From Oscillibacter sp. UBA6647 (GTDB taxonomy: Bacteria > Bacillota > Clostridia > Oscillospirales > Oscillospiraceae): a stretch of DNA of 64,000 bases. Location of the stretch: assembly GCF_002455655.1 (NCBI RefSeq), contig NZ_DKLF01000097.1; one strand, written 5' to 3'. The translations under genes and the position numbers were made by a program. Below, piece after piece: positions 17,509 to 26,853 of this stretch. How positions within the stretch are numbered: the first letter of the stretch is position 1; each line of letters opens with the position of its first letter. Under the pieces are notes generated by a model. The model searched no databases and had not been told where the DNA came from. It was given only the letters and a program-made list of their open reading frames with translations.

Positions 17509-19215
17509 ATGGCGGTCAATCCGTCTATGCAGCAATTTCTTGATTCGCCGGACACGGTGGGCTTTGTAGTGCGGGGTACCGACGATCTGGACCGCCTGAT
17601 TGAGGAAAATCCGGATATTATTGCCACCCAAACTTTGGCGGGGCGTTATGTGGTGTGCTATACCACCGTGGAAGCATATCCCCGGCTGCTGACCACGCTG
17701 GGCACCGGCTATATCAGCTCTATCGCGGTAATTCTGGGTCCCTTATGCGGACCGGGCCTGAAGGAGGCAGGAATTTGTTCCATTCGGCAGCAGCCCTACA
17801 TGAGCCTGCACGGAGAGGGTGTGCTGATGGGCTTTGTAGACACCGGTATCGACTATACCCAAAGCGTTTTTCGCCGGGAAGACGGAAGCAGCAAAATTCA
17901 TTTTCTTTACGATCAGTCTATTACCAGCATACCGCCCAAGGGTTTTTTTATCGGTACGGAATACACAAACGAGCAGATTAACCAGGCGCTTCAGTCGGAA
18001 AACCCCTATGAAATTGTTCCCTCCCGGGACACGGCGGGACACGGCACGTTTTTGGCCTCCGTGGCGGCCGGACGGCATCAAGAGGACTTTGCCGGCGTGG
18101 CCCCGGAGTCGGAGCTGATCGTGGTAAAGCTGAAAAAGGCCCGGCCATTCGGACTGGAGCTATTTGCCGTGCCGGAGGAACAGGAAAACGCGTTTTCCTC
18201 CATTGCCGTGATGATCGGGGTCGAGTACATCGTGCAAAAGGCCCACGAGCTGAAGCGTCCTGTGGTAATTTGCCTTGGCATTGGCACCAATTTTGCAAGC
18301 CACGACGGCTTCTCCATTTTTGAGGAATATTTGAGCGGAATCGCGGCTTTGGCGGGAGTATGCGTGTGCTCCGCCGCCGGAAACGAAAGTCAAGCCCGCG
18401 GCCACACAAAAGGTATTGTCACGTCCAAGGGCGACTTCCGAAATATTGACGTAAAAGTGGTGCAGCCGGATTCAAATTTTTTTATTTCCGTCTGGAGCGG
18501 TTTTACTGATAAGCTGTCCGTTTCCGTTACCTCCCCCACCGGAGAATACGTGCCAAGAAAGCCACCCAAAGACGGCTTTGTTCTCACTTCAAACGCGGTG
18601 ATGGAGCGCTCTCAGGTACGGGTAGCCAGCTATTACCCTTTGGAGGGAAGCGGTGGCCAACTTACCTCTGTCCGGGTTTTGAACGCCACGCCGGGAGTCT
18701 GGACCATTGCCATGCACGGAGACATTATTCTGGACGGGACCTTCAACGCGTGGCTCCCCATCACAGGTTTTGTCACTCCCGGCGTTGAGTTTTTAGACGC
18801 GGACCCTTACTATACGGTGACCGTCCCCTCTACCGCCACGGGCGTCATCGGCTGCGGAGCCTATAACAGCATGAACGGAACCTTGTATCCCAACTCCTCG
18901 TGGGGGCCCACCCGACACGAGCAGGTTACTCCGGACCTCACCGCTCCGGGCGTAAATATTGAGGGCTTTTATCCCACGGGGCGGGGCGTGATGAGCGGAA
19001 CCAGCGCAGCTGCCGCCATTACCGCCGGGGCCTGCGCGCTACTGATGCAGTGGGGCGTGGTAGAAGGCAACGAACCCGCCATGAGCACCTGTCCTATCCG
19101 CGCCTATCTCATCCGGGGCTGCGACCGCACCCAGACCCAGTCCTACCCCAACCCCCAGTGGGGCTACGGAACGCTGAACCTGCTGCAATCCTTTCAGCTT
19201 ATGCGGGAAATGTAA
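17509..19215 (+). CDS. S8 Csp-family protease (CspA/CspC-like), paralog 2
   Basis: AAGGAGG RBS; GFVDTGID, GHGTFLAS, AAGNE, SGTSAA, YPNPQWGYG. Confidence 0.88.
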   Translation: MAVNPSMQQFLDSPDTVGFVVRGTDDLDRLIEENPDIIATQTLAGRYVVCYTTVEAYPRLLTTLGTGYISSIAVILGPLCGPGLKEAGICSIRQQPYMSLHGEGVLMGFVDTGIDYTQSVFRREDGSSKIHFLYDQSITSIPPKGFFIGTEYTNEQINQALQSENPYEIVPSRDTAGHGTFLASVAAGRHQEDFAGVAPESELIVVKLKKARPFGLELFAVPEEQENAFSSIAVMIGVEYIVQKAHELKRPVVICLGIGTNFASHDGFSIFEEYLSGIAALAGVCVCSAAGNESQARGHTKGIVTSKGDFRNIDVKVVQPDSNFFISVWSGFTDKLSVSVTSPTGEYVPRKPPKDGFVLTSNAVMERSQVRVASYYPLEGSGGQLTSVRVLNATPGVWTIAMHGDIILDGTFNAWLPITGFVTPGVEFLDADPYYTVTVPSTATGVIGCGAYNSMNGTLYPNSSWGPTRHEQVTPDLTAPGVNIEGFYPTGRGVMSGTSAAAAITAGACALLMQWGVVEGNEPAMSTCPIRAYLIRGCDRTQTQSYPNPQWGYGTLNLLQSFQLMREM

Positions 19216-19336
19216 GACAGCATCAAACATCGCCGCTGTCACCTTGAATTCACATCACCTTGCAAAATTTCTGATGTACCCTGCTATTTAAAATAGCGCG
19301 GTATTTTCCCGGCACTCACGATTGGAGGCGTTTTCC

Positions 19337-21043
19337 TTGAACGAGGAAGAACTGAGGGAATTTATCAACTCCCCCGACACCGTTGACTTTATTGTCCGGG
19401 GAAACGACATCCTGGATAGCTTTCTGCGGGAGAATCCCAACGTTGTGGCTACCCAGACTCTGGCCGAGCGGTATGTGGTCTGTTATGCCAAGTCCAGCGA
19501 ATTTTTAGATACTCTGAGCCGGATGGGAAGCAACTATGCCAGCTCCATTCCGGTGGTATTGGGCCTTCTGGGCCGTCCGGAGGTAGAGGCCGCCGGCATT
19601 GGGGGCATCCATCGCCAGCCGTATCTGGGTCTGCGGGGGCGGGGCGTTCTGGTGGGCATTGTGGACACCGGCATCGACTATACTCAGCAGGTGTTCCGCT
19701 ATGAGGACGGCACCAGCAAGATTCAGGCAATTTTTGACCAGTCTACGGTGGGCACGCCCCCCGAGGGGTTTTTCATCGGCACGGAATATACCCACGCCCA
19801 GATTAACGAGGCTTTGGCCTCGGAAAATCCCTATGAGATTGTTCCCCAGCGGGACACTGACGGACACGGCACTTTCCTGGCCTCCGTGGCGGCGGGGCGG
19901 GAGGTGGGCGACTTTCTCGGCGCCGCGCCGGATGCGGAGCTGGTGGTGGTGAAGTTGAAACGGGCGCGCCCCTTTTACACGGACCTGTTTGCCGTACCCT
20001 CGGATCAGCCAAACGCTTTTGGCTCAACCGCCGTGATGATCGGGGTGGAATACATTCTCAAGAAAGCGCAGGAGCTGAACCGCCCCGTGGTCATCTGCCT
20101 TGGAATCGGAACAAATTCCGGCAGCCACGACGGCTTTTCCATCTTTGAGGAATACCTCAGCGAAATCTCCAATCTGGTGGGCGTGTGCCTGTGCATTGCG
20201 GCGGGAAACGAAAGTCAGGCCCGCCACCACACACAGGGGAAAATTTCTGCCGTGGGCGAATTTCAAAACATCGATATCTCCGTGACCAACGAGTCCTCCG
20301 TTATTTACACCACCATCTGGAGTGGAGTGGCTGACAGGCTTTCCGTCGCCGTCCGCTCCCCCACCGGAGAACTGGCCGCCAGAATCCCACCGAAATTAGC
20401 AGCCATTACCACCACCAATCTGGTTTTCGAGCAGTCCTCCGTTCAGGTTGGTTATTTTTTTCCCATCGAAGGAAGCGGCGGACAGCTCACCGTCGTGCGG
20501 GTAAACAACGCCATTCCGGGTATCTGGACCATCACCGTATACGGCGATCTGGTGCTGGACGGCGGGTTTAACGCATGGCTTCCCCTCACGGGTCTGTCCT
20601 CTCCGGGGATCGAATTTCTGGCAGCCAACCCCAACTACACCATCACCGTGCCCGCCACCACCGTGGGAGCCCTGTGCATCGGCGCCTATAACATAGCAGA
20701 CGACAGTCTGTATCCAAGCTCTTCCTGGGGGCCTACCCGCATCAATATGATGGCCCCGGACCTATGCGCCCCCGGCGTCAACGTGGAAGGCATCTACCCC
20801 ACAGGGCCGGGTACCATGACGGGCACCAGCGTGGCCGCCGCTATCACGGCGGGAGCCTGTGCCCTGATGCTGCAATGGGGCGTTGTAAACAAAAACGACG
20901 TGTCAATGAGTACCTACCAAATTCGGGCTTACTTAATTCGCGGCTGCCGACGCAGTCCCATCGTTTTTTATCCCAATACTCAGTGGGGCTATGGCGCGCT
21001 GGATTTGGTGCAGACCTTCAACCTCATGCGGGAAACCCGGTAG
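19337..21043 (+). CDS. S8 Csp-family protease (CspA/CspC-like), paralog 3
   Basis: TTG start 8 nt after GGAGG; GIVDTGID, GHGTFLAS, AAGNE, TGTSVA, YPNTQWGYG. Confidence 0.88.
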   Translation: MNEEELREFINSPDTVDFIVRGNDILDSFLRENPNVVATQTLAERYVVCYAKSSEFLDTLSRMGSNYASSIPVVLGLLGRPEVEAAGIGGIHRQPYLGLRGRGVLVGIVDTGIDYTQQVFRYEDGTSKIQAIFDQSTVGTPPEGFFIGTEYTHAQINEALASENPYEIVPQRDTDGHGTFLASVAAGREVGDFLGAAPDAELVVVKLKRARPFYTDLFAVPSDQPNAFGSTAVMIGVEYILKKAQELNRPVVICLGIGTNSGSHDGFSIFEEYLSEISNLVGVCLCIAAGNESQARHHTQGKISAVGEFQNIDISVTNESSVIYTTIWSGVADRLSVAVRSPTGELAARIPPKLAAITTTNLVFEQSSVQVGYFFPIEGSGGQLTVVRVNNAIPGIWTITVYGDLVLDGGFNAWLPLTGLSSPGIEFLAANPNYTITVPATTVGALCIGAYNIADDSLYPSSSWGPTRINMMAPDLCAPGVNVEGIYPTGPGTMTGTSVAAAITAGACALMLQWGVVNKNDVSMSTYQIRAYLIRGCRRSPIVFYPNTQWGYGALDLVQTFNLMRETR

Positions 21044-21073
21044 CCGCCAAAACCGGATTCCAGTGCGCAGCCT

Positions 21074-21101
21074 TGCCCCGGCCCGAAGGCCGGGGCATTT
21101 T
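21074..21101 (+). terminator. Terminator after the csp array
   Basis: TGCCCCGGCC-CGAA-GGCCGGGGCA followed by TTTT. Confidence 0.7.
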
Positions 21102-21339
21102 CCCCCTTGCTTTTTAGGGGCTTTGGGGCCAATCTGACAACCACAGTCGTTTTCGCAGCGCTTTTTTGGAGCTTTTCTTTCGCGGCCCCTCTTTTTTGGG
21201 CTGTCTCTGATTTGACCAATTTTGCACATTTCCCCTCCCTTCCACCCTGTCTTGCAACTTTTGTTGGGTTCGACCAAAAAAGTGTCCTTTTTCAAAGGCC
21301 CGTCTGTAAAATATAGGAAATTAAGAGGGGGGTGCTTTT

Positions 21340-22200
21340 ATGGAACTGGAGCAGAGGGTTTTGATGCTGCCCATCGGGTGTGTGTTTCCCAATCCGGCCC
21401 AGCCCCGGCAGGTCTTTGACCCGGCGGGACTGGAATCGCTGGCCTCCTCTATCCGGGAAAATGGAATTTTGCAGCCCTTGACCGTCCGCCGCCAGGGACC
21501 GGATCGGTGGGAACTGGTGGCAGGAGAACGGCGGCTCCGGGCAGCGGGGCTTGCGGGGCTTACGGCAGTGCCCTGTCTTGAGTGGACCGCCAACGACGCC
21601 GGAGCGGCGCTGCTGGCACTGGTGGAAAATCTTCAGCGAGAGGATCTGCACTATTTTGAGGAAGCAGAAGCGCTCTCTGCTTTTGTGCGCAAAACCGGCA
21701 TTACGCAGGATTTGGCTGCAAAAAAGCTGGGGCTGTCCCCCTCCGCCTTTGCCAACAAGCTGCGGCTGCTGCGCTTGTCTCCGGAGTGCCGCCGGGTGCT
21801 GACGGAAGGCGGCCTGACCGAACGCCATGCCCGGGCCCTTCTGCGGCTGGAGGGCGAGGATATGCGGCTGGAGGCAGCGAAATACGCGGCTTCCGCGGGG
21901 CTGAACGTGGCCCAGACGGAGCGATATGTCACCCGGCGGATTGAGGCAGCGCAGCGCACGCCTTTTCGCGGGCGCAAGACCTATGTGCTTAAAGACGTGC
22001 GCCTGTTTCTCAACAGCGTGGACCACGGGCTTCAGCTGATTCAAAGCGCCGGAATCGACGCCCAAAGCCAGCGGGAGGAAACGGAGGAGGCCATTATCCT
22101 GACCATTCGCATCCCCCGGGAGACGAGGGCCAAAGCACACGGATTGTTACAGGATTGTAATGTCATTTCTCCTAAAACGTGCTATACTGAGAACCACTAG
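21340..22200 (+). CDS. noc: ParB-family nucleoid occlusion protein Noc-like
   Basis: PNPAQPR, GILQPL, LVAGERRLRA, ENLQRE, and a Noc-type C-terminus KDVRLFLNS...LTIRIP; the true parB is separate at 37010. Confidence 0.75.
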   Translation: MELEQRVLMLPIGCVFPNPAQPRQVFDPAGLESLASSIRENGILQPLTVRRQGPDRWELVAGERRLRAAGLAGLTAVPCLEWTANDAGAALLALVENLQREDLHYFEEAEALSAFVRKTGITQDLAAKKLGLSPSAFANKLRLLRLSPECRRVLTEGGLTERHARALLRLEGEDMRLEAAKYAASAGLNVAQTERYVTRRIEAAQRTPFRGRKTYVLKDVRLFLNSVDHGLQLIQSAGIDAQSQREETEEAIILTIRIPRETRAKAHGLLQDCNVISPKTCYTENH

Positions 22201-22240
22201 GCCTTTTTTGTTTCAATTTAGAAAGTACGGGGAGGAGTCC

Positions 22241-24052
22241 ATGGATACTGTAATGGTGCAGGAAGCGCAGAAAAAACAATTGAAGCTGCCTTTCGCCATT
22301 GCCTTTGTGCTGCTGAGCGCTCTGGCGGCGGGATATGTCGGTCTTTGCGCCTATGCCGCCAACAACGACCAGCTTTGGAAAAACACCCGGATTCTGGGGC
22401 AGGATCTTGGCGGACTGACGGTGGCACAGGCCGCGCAAAAACTGGAGCGGACCTTCCCTGCTATGAAAATTGGCATTTATCTCTATGACGACGCGGCGTC
22501 TCAGGTTCCGGAGCGCGCTCCGGTGCCGGACGCCTATGTGGCTTTGTCGGATTTGGGAGCGGAGATTTCCGCTTCCACTGTGGCTCGCAGCGCCCATCAG
22601 GGAAATCTGCGGGGCAATTTTCTAACGCTGGGCTGGCGGTATCTTACCAACGCGGGTACATTTTCCGACACAGCGGACCTGATCTCTCTGGACAAAGAAA
22701 AGACACAGGCAGCCGCCGAGGCAGCCGCGCAGCTTCTTTCCTTCCCCAGCCAAGACACCACTTACGAACTGGGTGACGCCTCTATTTTGGTGCACATGGC
22801 CGAGGACGGCCGCACTGTGACCCCCCAGACACTTACCCAGAGCATTGAGGCCGGCGCGTGGGATTTGAACCTTGCACTGGACGTTCCCTATCTTGCCGAG
22901 CCTGCCGGGACAGTTTCCGCGCAGGAGATTTACGACCAGACCTCCGGCGACGTGAAAAACGCAGGATATGACGCCGCCACCGGCACAATTACGCCCGAGC
23001 AAGTGGGCGCTGACTTTGACGTGGCGCTGGCCCAGTCCGCGATGAACGCCGCTAAGCCCGGCAGCACTGTGGAAATTCCCGCCGATATTCAGCTTCCCGC
23101 CGTCACGGCGGAGGAGCTTGCCCCTGTTTTATTCCGGGATATGCTTGGCTCCTACACCACCCACGTGGGCGGCACCGCCGCCCGCATTGGCAATGTAAAG
23201 CTGGCCTCCGACGCCGTCAACGGAACGGTTTTGAACAGCGGCGATATTTTTGACTATAACGAGGTGGTGGGCCAGCGGACCGCTGCACGGGGCTATCTGC
23301 CCGCCCCCGCCTATGTGCAGGGGGAGACGGTGGACGAAATTGGCGGCGGCGTGTGCCAGCCGTCCTCCACGCTGTATCTGGCGACGCTGAAGTCGAACCT
23401 TGAAATTGTGGAGCGGTATGCCCACCGCTATGTGCCCGCATACATTCCCAAGGGGATGGACGCCACCGTTAGCTGGGGCGGACCAAACTACCGCTTCCGC
23501 AACGACACCAATTATCCCGTTAAGGTCGAGTCGATTTATTCCAAGGGTTATCTCACCATGTCGCTATACGGCACCAAGGTGGACGACACCACGGTGAAGA
23601 TGACTAACAAAACTCTTTCCACCACGCCGTTTACCGTGGTCTACGAGGACGACGCCACCCTTCCCGCCGGGACGGAATCGGTGAAGGTCACCCCCTACAC
23701 TGGATATAAAGTGGAAACGTACCGCAATCTTTACGACGGCGAAGGGAATCTGATTTCCAGCACCTTTGAAGCCAACAGCGACTATAAGGTGCGCAACAAG
23801 ATTATCTTAAAAGGCCCGGCTCCCGTGGTCAGTCCGCTTCCGGGCGAGCTGCCCGGTCAGGTCATCCCCCCGGAAACACCGACCTCCGGAGAAACCGGAA
23901 CGGGAAACGACGGCACGGTGACCCCCACGGATGGAACGCCCGGCACCGTCACGCCCCCCGTCGAAGAAATGCCCATTCCCGGAGAAACCGGAACGGGGAA
24001 CGACACGGGCTCTGGCCCGAATGCAATTATCTCCCCCTTGCCCTCGCTGTAA
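22241..24052 (+). CDS. VanW-domain membrane-anchored cell-envelope protein (with G5-like region and P/G/T-rich tail)
   Basis: N-terminal TM; FDYNEVVGQRT..RGY..AP, GGGVCQPSSTLY, ERYAH, GMDATVSWG, FRNDT. Confidence 0.88.
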   Translation: MDTVMVQEAQKKQLKLPFAIAFVLLSALAAGYVGLCAYAANNDQLWKNTRILGQDLGGLTVAQAAQKLERTFPAMKIGIYLYDDAASQVPERAPVPDAYVALSDLGAEISASTVARSAHQGNLRGNFLTLGWRYLTNAGTFSDTADLISLDKEKTQAAAEAAAQLLSFPSQDTTYELGDASILVHMAEDGRTVTPQTLTQSIEAGAWDLNLALDVPYLAEPAGTVSAQEIYDQTSGDVKNAGYDAATGTITPEQVGADFDVALAQSAMNAAKPGSTVEIPADIQLPAVTAEELAPVLFRDMLGSYTTHVGGTAARIGNVKLASDAVNGTVLNSGDIFDYNEVVGQRTAARGYLPAPAYVQGETVDEIGGGVCQPSSTLYLATLKSNLEIVERYAHRYVPAYIPKGMDATVSWGGPNYRFRNDTNYPVKVESIYSKGYLTMSLYGTKVDDTTVKMTNKTLSTTPFTVVYEDDATLPAGTESVKVTPYTGYKVETYRNLYDGEGNLISSTFEANSDYKVRNKIILKGPAPVVSPLPGELPGQVIPPETPTSGETGTGNDGTVTPTDGTPGTVTPPVEEMPIPGETGTGNDTGSGPNAIISPLPSL

Positions 24053-24120
24053 TCGGCGGCAAATCTTGCTGCCAGCACTTTTTAATGAAAGACTCTGCTC
24101 TGCTATACAATAACAGACAG

Positions 24121-24171
24121 GAAAAAGCCCCTGCTTCAATACAGATTGTATTGAAGCAGGGGCCGTTTTTT
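24121..24171. terminator. Bidirectional intrinsic terminator
   Basis: Perfect 17-bp stem GCCCCTGCTTCAATACA-GAT-TGTATTGAAGCAGGGGC, flanked by an A-tract and a T-tract, between convergent genes. Confidence 0.85.
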
Positions 24172-24175
24172 ATTC

Positions 24176-24286
24176 ACCTGAATCGACAGCGGCGACCCTT
24201 ACAAAACGCCGTTGGGGCCGACGGGAATGAGCCACCCAACAGCTTCAGCACGCAGTACGACAGGTCGCGCGTTCCCTGTCTTCGGT
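24176..24286 (-). ncRNA. Candidate structured RNA, family unassigned
   Basis: Nested complementary segments forming an interrupted rod; G-U pairs favour the minus strand (see findings). Confidence 0.3.
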
Positions 24287-24306
24287 TTAAGGCCCTTGTT
24301 TGGGCC

Positions 24307-25302
24307 TCAGCCCCGCTCCTTTTTCAGACGCCGAATATCCCGTCCAAAAAACGGAAGAATCTGATACTCGCCCTCAAGTCTCGAGCCAATCTGTGCCCCA
24401 TACCGTCTGGCAAGCTCCTCCGGGGACAAGTTTGTATTCAGAATCACCGATCGACGTTCCAGCAGCCGGGTGTTGACAATTTCATACAGAGCACTCTGGA
24501 CAAATGAGGTGGTCATCTCCGTCCCCAAATCGTCCAGAATCAAGAGGTCGCAGTGCATAATGCGCTCCACATCCTCTTCTACGCCCTCCCCCTCGTCCCG
24601 GCCAAATTTCCGGTCTTCAAACCGGGAAAATACGTGGGACGCAGTGTCGTACACCACAGAAAAGCCCGCGGCGCTGACTTCCCCCGCGATGGCGGAGGAG
24701 AGAAAGGTCTTTCCAAGTCCCGGCTTGCCGTACAGCAGCAGGTTCCCACCGTGCTTTTTAAACGCGTGGGCATAGTTTGCGCAAACCTCGTATACCGTTT
24801 CCATGTTTTCCCGGGGGGAGATGCCGTAGACCGGGTCCGGGGTCTGGTCATACCAATCCATGGAAAAGGTATCAAAGCTCTGCCCTGCCAAATCCAGAGA
24901 GCGGGACAGCTCCGCCTGCTGCTCCTGGGCATAGTATCGCTTCAGGCAGACGCACGCCGCCTCGCCCTTTGTCCCCGCGTCGCCGCACAAAGGGCAGGCG
25001 GGCTTGTACTCAAGATAGTCCGGCGAAAGACCCAACTCCGCCAGAAGCTGCACCCGCTCCTGCTGAAGGCTTAAGTTGCCGTCCCGCAGCACCGCCACTG
25101 CCGGACGGGGATCTGACCCCTTGCGCAGGGCGGAGACAATAATGCGGCTCATGGTAGAGGTCAGCTCCGCGTCGATTTCCCGCAGACGGGGCGCGCGGGC
25201 ATAGGTCTGCTCCTGCCGCCTGCGGAAGGCCTCCTCCCGGCGGCGGCGGTCCGCGTCAAACCGGGCGGATGCCCGGCGCATGATTTTTCCGTCGTAGGAC
25301 AT
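24307..25302 (-). CDS. DnaC/DnaI-like replication helicase loader ATPase
   Basis: CPLC...CVC Zn site, Walker A GKPGLGKT, Walker B LLILDDLGTE, YEIVNTR, TNL, SRL. Confidence 0.88.
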   Translation of the reverse strand: MSYDGKIMRRASARFDADRRRREEAFRRRQEQTYARAPRLREIDAELTSTMSRIIVSALRKGSDPRPAVAVLRDGNLSLQQERVQLLAELGLSPDYLEYKPACPLCGDAGTKGEAACVCLKRYYAQEQQAELSRSLDLAGQSFDTFSMDWYDQTPDPVYGISPRENMETVYEVCANYAHAFKKHGGNLLLYGKPGLGKTFLSSAIAGEVSAAGFSVVYDTASHVFSRFEDRKFGRDEGEGVEEDVERIMHCDLLILDDLGTEMTTSFVQSALYEIVNTRLLERRSVILNTNLSPEELARRYGAQIGSRLEGEYQILPFFGRDIRRLKKERG

Positions 25303-25314
25303 TCCGCTTCCCCC

Positions 25315-26244
25315 TTACTCCTTGCCCCGGTGCAGCGCCTGCACATACCGGAACATCTCCTCCTCCGGCGGACGCTGATCCCGCCGGGGCTGCTGGGCCT
25401 GCGTCCGGGGTCGGTCTCCCGCCGCTACCTGCTCCGGGGTGTGCAGTCCCGCCTCGTGCCAGCGCTTCAGGATGCCGTTTATGTAAGGCCACTTCAACTC
25501 GTGGCACTTTAAAATCGTCTTTTCATAGGCCAGGGCCACCGTCTCCGGCAAAAAGCCCCACTCCTGCCACGCGGCCAAGTATTTTTCCTCCGCCCCCACC
25601 GGCGTTCTGTCGCCCAATTGAAGGACCCGCATAAAGGCGGGCAGAGCCTCCTGCCGCCGGGCGTATTTTTTCAGATACTCCGCCGCCGCGCTTTGGGTAT
25701 CAAGCCCCATCCGCGCCCACGCGTATCCCTCTTTTTCAATCTGACGCAGTGTGGGACGGCGTCCCTCTCCATAGCGCAGGCGAATGCGCTCCGCACAGTG
25801 GCACACCAGAAGGTAAATCACGTCGGAAGGCAGGCCCAGATAGTCGTAAAGCCCCAAAAGTGTCCCCATGTCCGGGGTGGAAAGTTTTTTCCCCAGTTTC
25901 CGTTCCACCTCAGCGGCAAGGCCGCGAAACACCCCGTCATCCTCCAGCGCCCCCGTCACGTCCTCCTGCCGGTAGTCCGGCCGCTCATCCGCCGGCTCCG
26001 GCAGCTCCGCCGCCGGAAGAGACACCAGCTCCAACTGGCGAAGCACCAGCTCCGCCGCTTCGATGCGGGTCCGCTCCCAGCGCAGCTCTCCCGCAAGGGA
26101 CCGGGGCTGGGTAAGCCCCTGATGGCGCAGCAGCGCCAGATATAAAAGGGACGCGTCCCCGTCCCCCCGCTCTAAAAGGCGGCGCAGCGCGGCCCCGGAA
26201 ACGGTGACGCTCTCGTCTCCCAAATGCTTTAAAATTCCTGCCAT
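25315..26244 (-). CDS. DnaD-domain primosomal protein
   Basis: Two DnaD-like segments (QIEKEGYAWARMG; WPYINGILKRWHEAGL); operonic with the DnaC-like gene. Confidence 0.85.
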   Translation of the reverse strand: MAGILKHLGDESVTVSGAALRRLLERGDGDASLLYLALLRHQGLTQPRSLAGELRWERTRIEAAELVLRQLELVSLPAAELPEPADERPDYRQEDVTGALEDDGVFRGLAAEVERKLGKKLSTPDMGTLLGLYDYLGLPSDVIYLLVCHCAERIRLRYGEGRRPTLRQIEKEGYAWARMGLDTQSAAAEYLKKYARRQEALPAFMRVLQLGDRTPVGAEEKYLAAWQEWGFLPETVALAYEKTILKCHELKWPYINGILKRWHEAGLHTPEQVAAGDRPRTQAQQPRRDQRPPEEEMFRYVQALHRGKE

Positions 26245-26505
26245 CCGGCGCGCCTCCCCTCTGTCTTACGGCAGCGCCGCCCACCAAGGTGCGCGAAATT
26301 GCCCGTTCTTCCGGAAGCTGAACCGCCCCGGCTTTTTGACATTCCCCATTGTATACGACTTGAGCGCTTCTGACAAGCCCAAAACTTTGTCCCAGCGTGG
26401 AAAAAAGCTGGAATCCTGCGGGCATATATGATATAATGCTGACTTATAAAAATGGGTTACTATGCCGCGCCCGGGCGGCAGCTTTAAAAGAGGAGGAATC
26501 ACAGG

Positions 26506-26853
26506 ATGAATAACCGTGTCACCGTGACGATCTGCGGAGAGGATTACAATTTTGTGGCGGACGAGTCCCCGGAATACATGGAAAAAGTGGGCGCCTTTGT
26601 GTGCAAAAAAATGGACGAGCTGCTCACCGGCGCCAAGGTGGGCCGGACGGACGCCGCCGTCCTTACCGCCGTCAACATCGCGGACGAGCTGTTTAAATCC
26701 TATGAGGCGGCAGAAAAGCTGCGCTCCGAGATTAAAAACTACGCGGATGAGGCAGGCCGCGCCCAAGGTGAGGTTTCCGACTTGAAGCGGGAGGTTTTTC
26801 GTCTTCAGCAGAAGTTGGACGCTAAGACCGGCGGAAACGGGAACCGGCGCTGA
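26506..26853 (+). CDS. zapA: Cell division protein ZapA
   Basis: NRVTVTICGEDY...EYMEKVG..V..KM...AAVLTAVNIADEL plus coiled coil. Confidence 0.9.
   Translation: MNNRVTVTICGEDYNFVADESPEYMEKVGAFVCKKMDELLTGAKVGRTDAAVLTAVNIADELFKSYEAAEKLRSEIKNYADEAGRAQGEVSDLKREVFRLQQKLDAKTGGNGNRR

Noticed and set aside
14042..21043. S8 protease array as an anti-phage or toxin-antitoxin system
   Set aside because: There is no partner AAA ATPase or effector, and the motifs match Csp germination proteases
22241..24052. Vancomycin resistance locus
   Set aside because: VanW-domain proteins are common envelope proteins; no vanHAX/vanRS-type genes are present
24307..26244. Prophage replication module or IS21 IstB helper
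   Set aside because: No integrase, IstA transposase or phage genes nearby; a DnaD-domain plus DnaC-like pair is a normal chromosomal feature of Clostridia
26266..26350. 27-codon minus-strand ORF upstream of the DnaD-domain gene
   Set aside because: No convincing RBS or recognisable motif; cannot be supported
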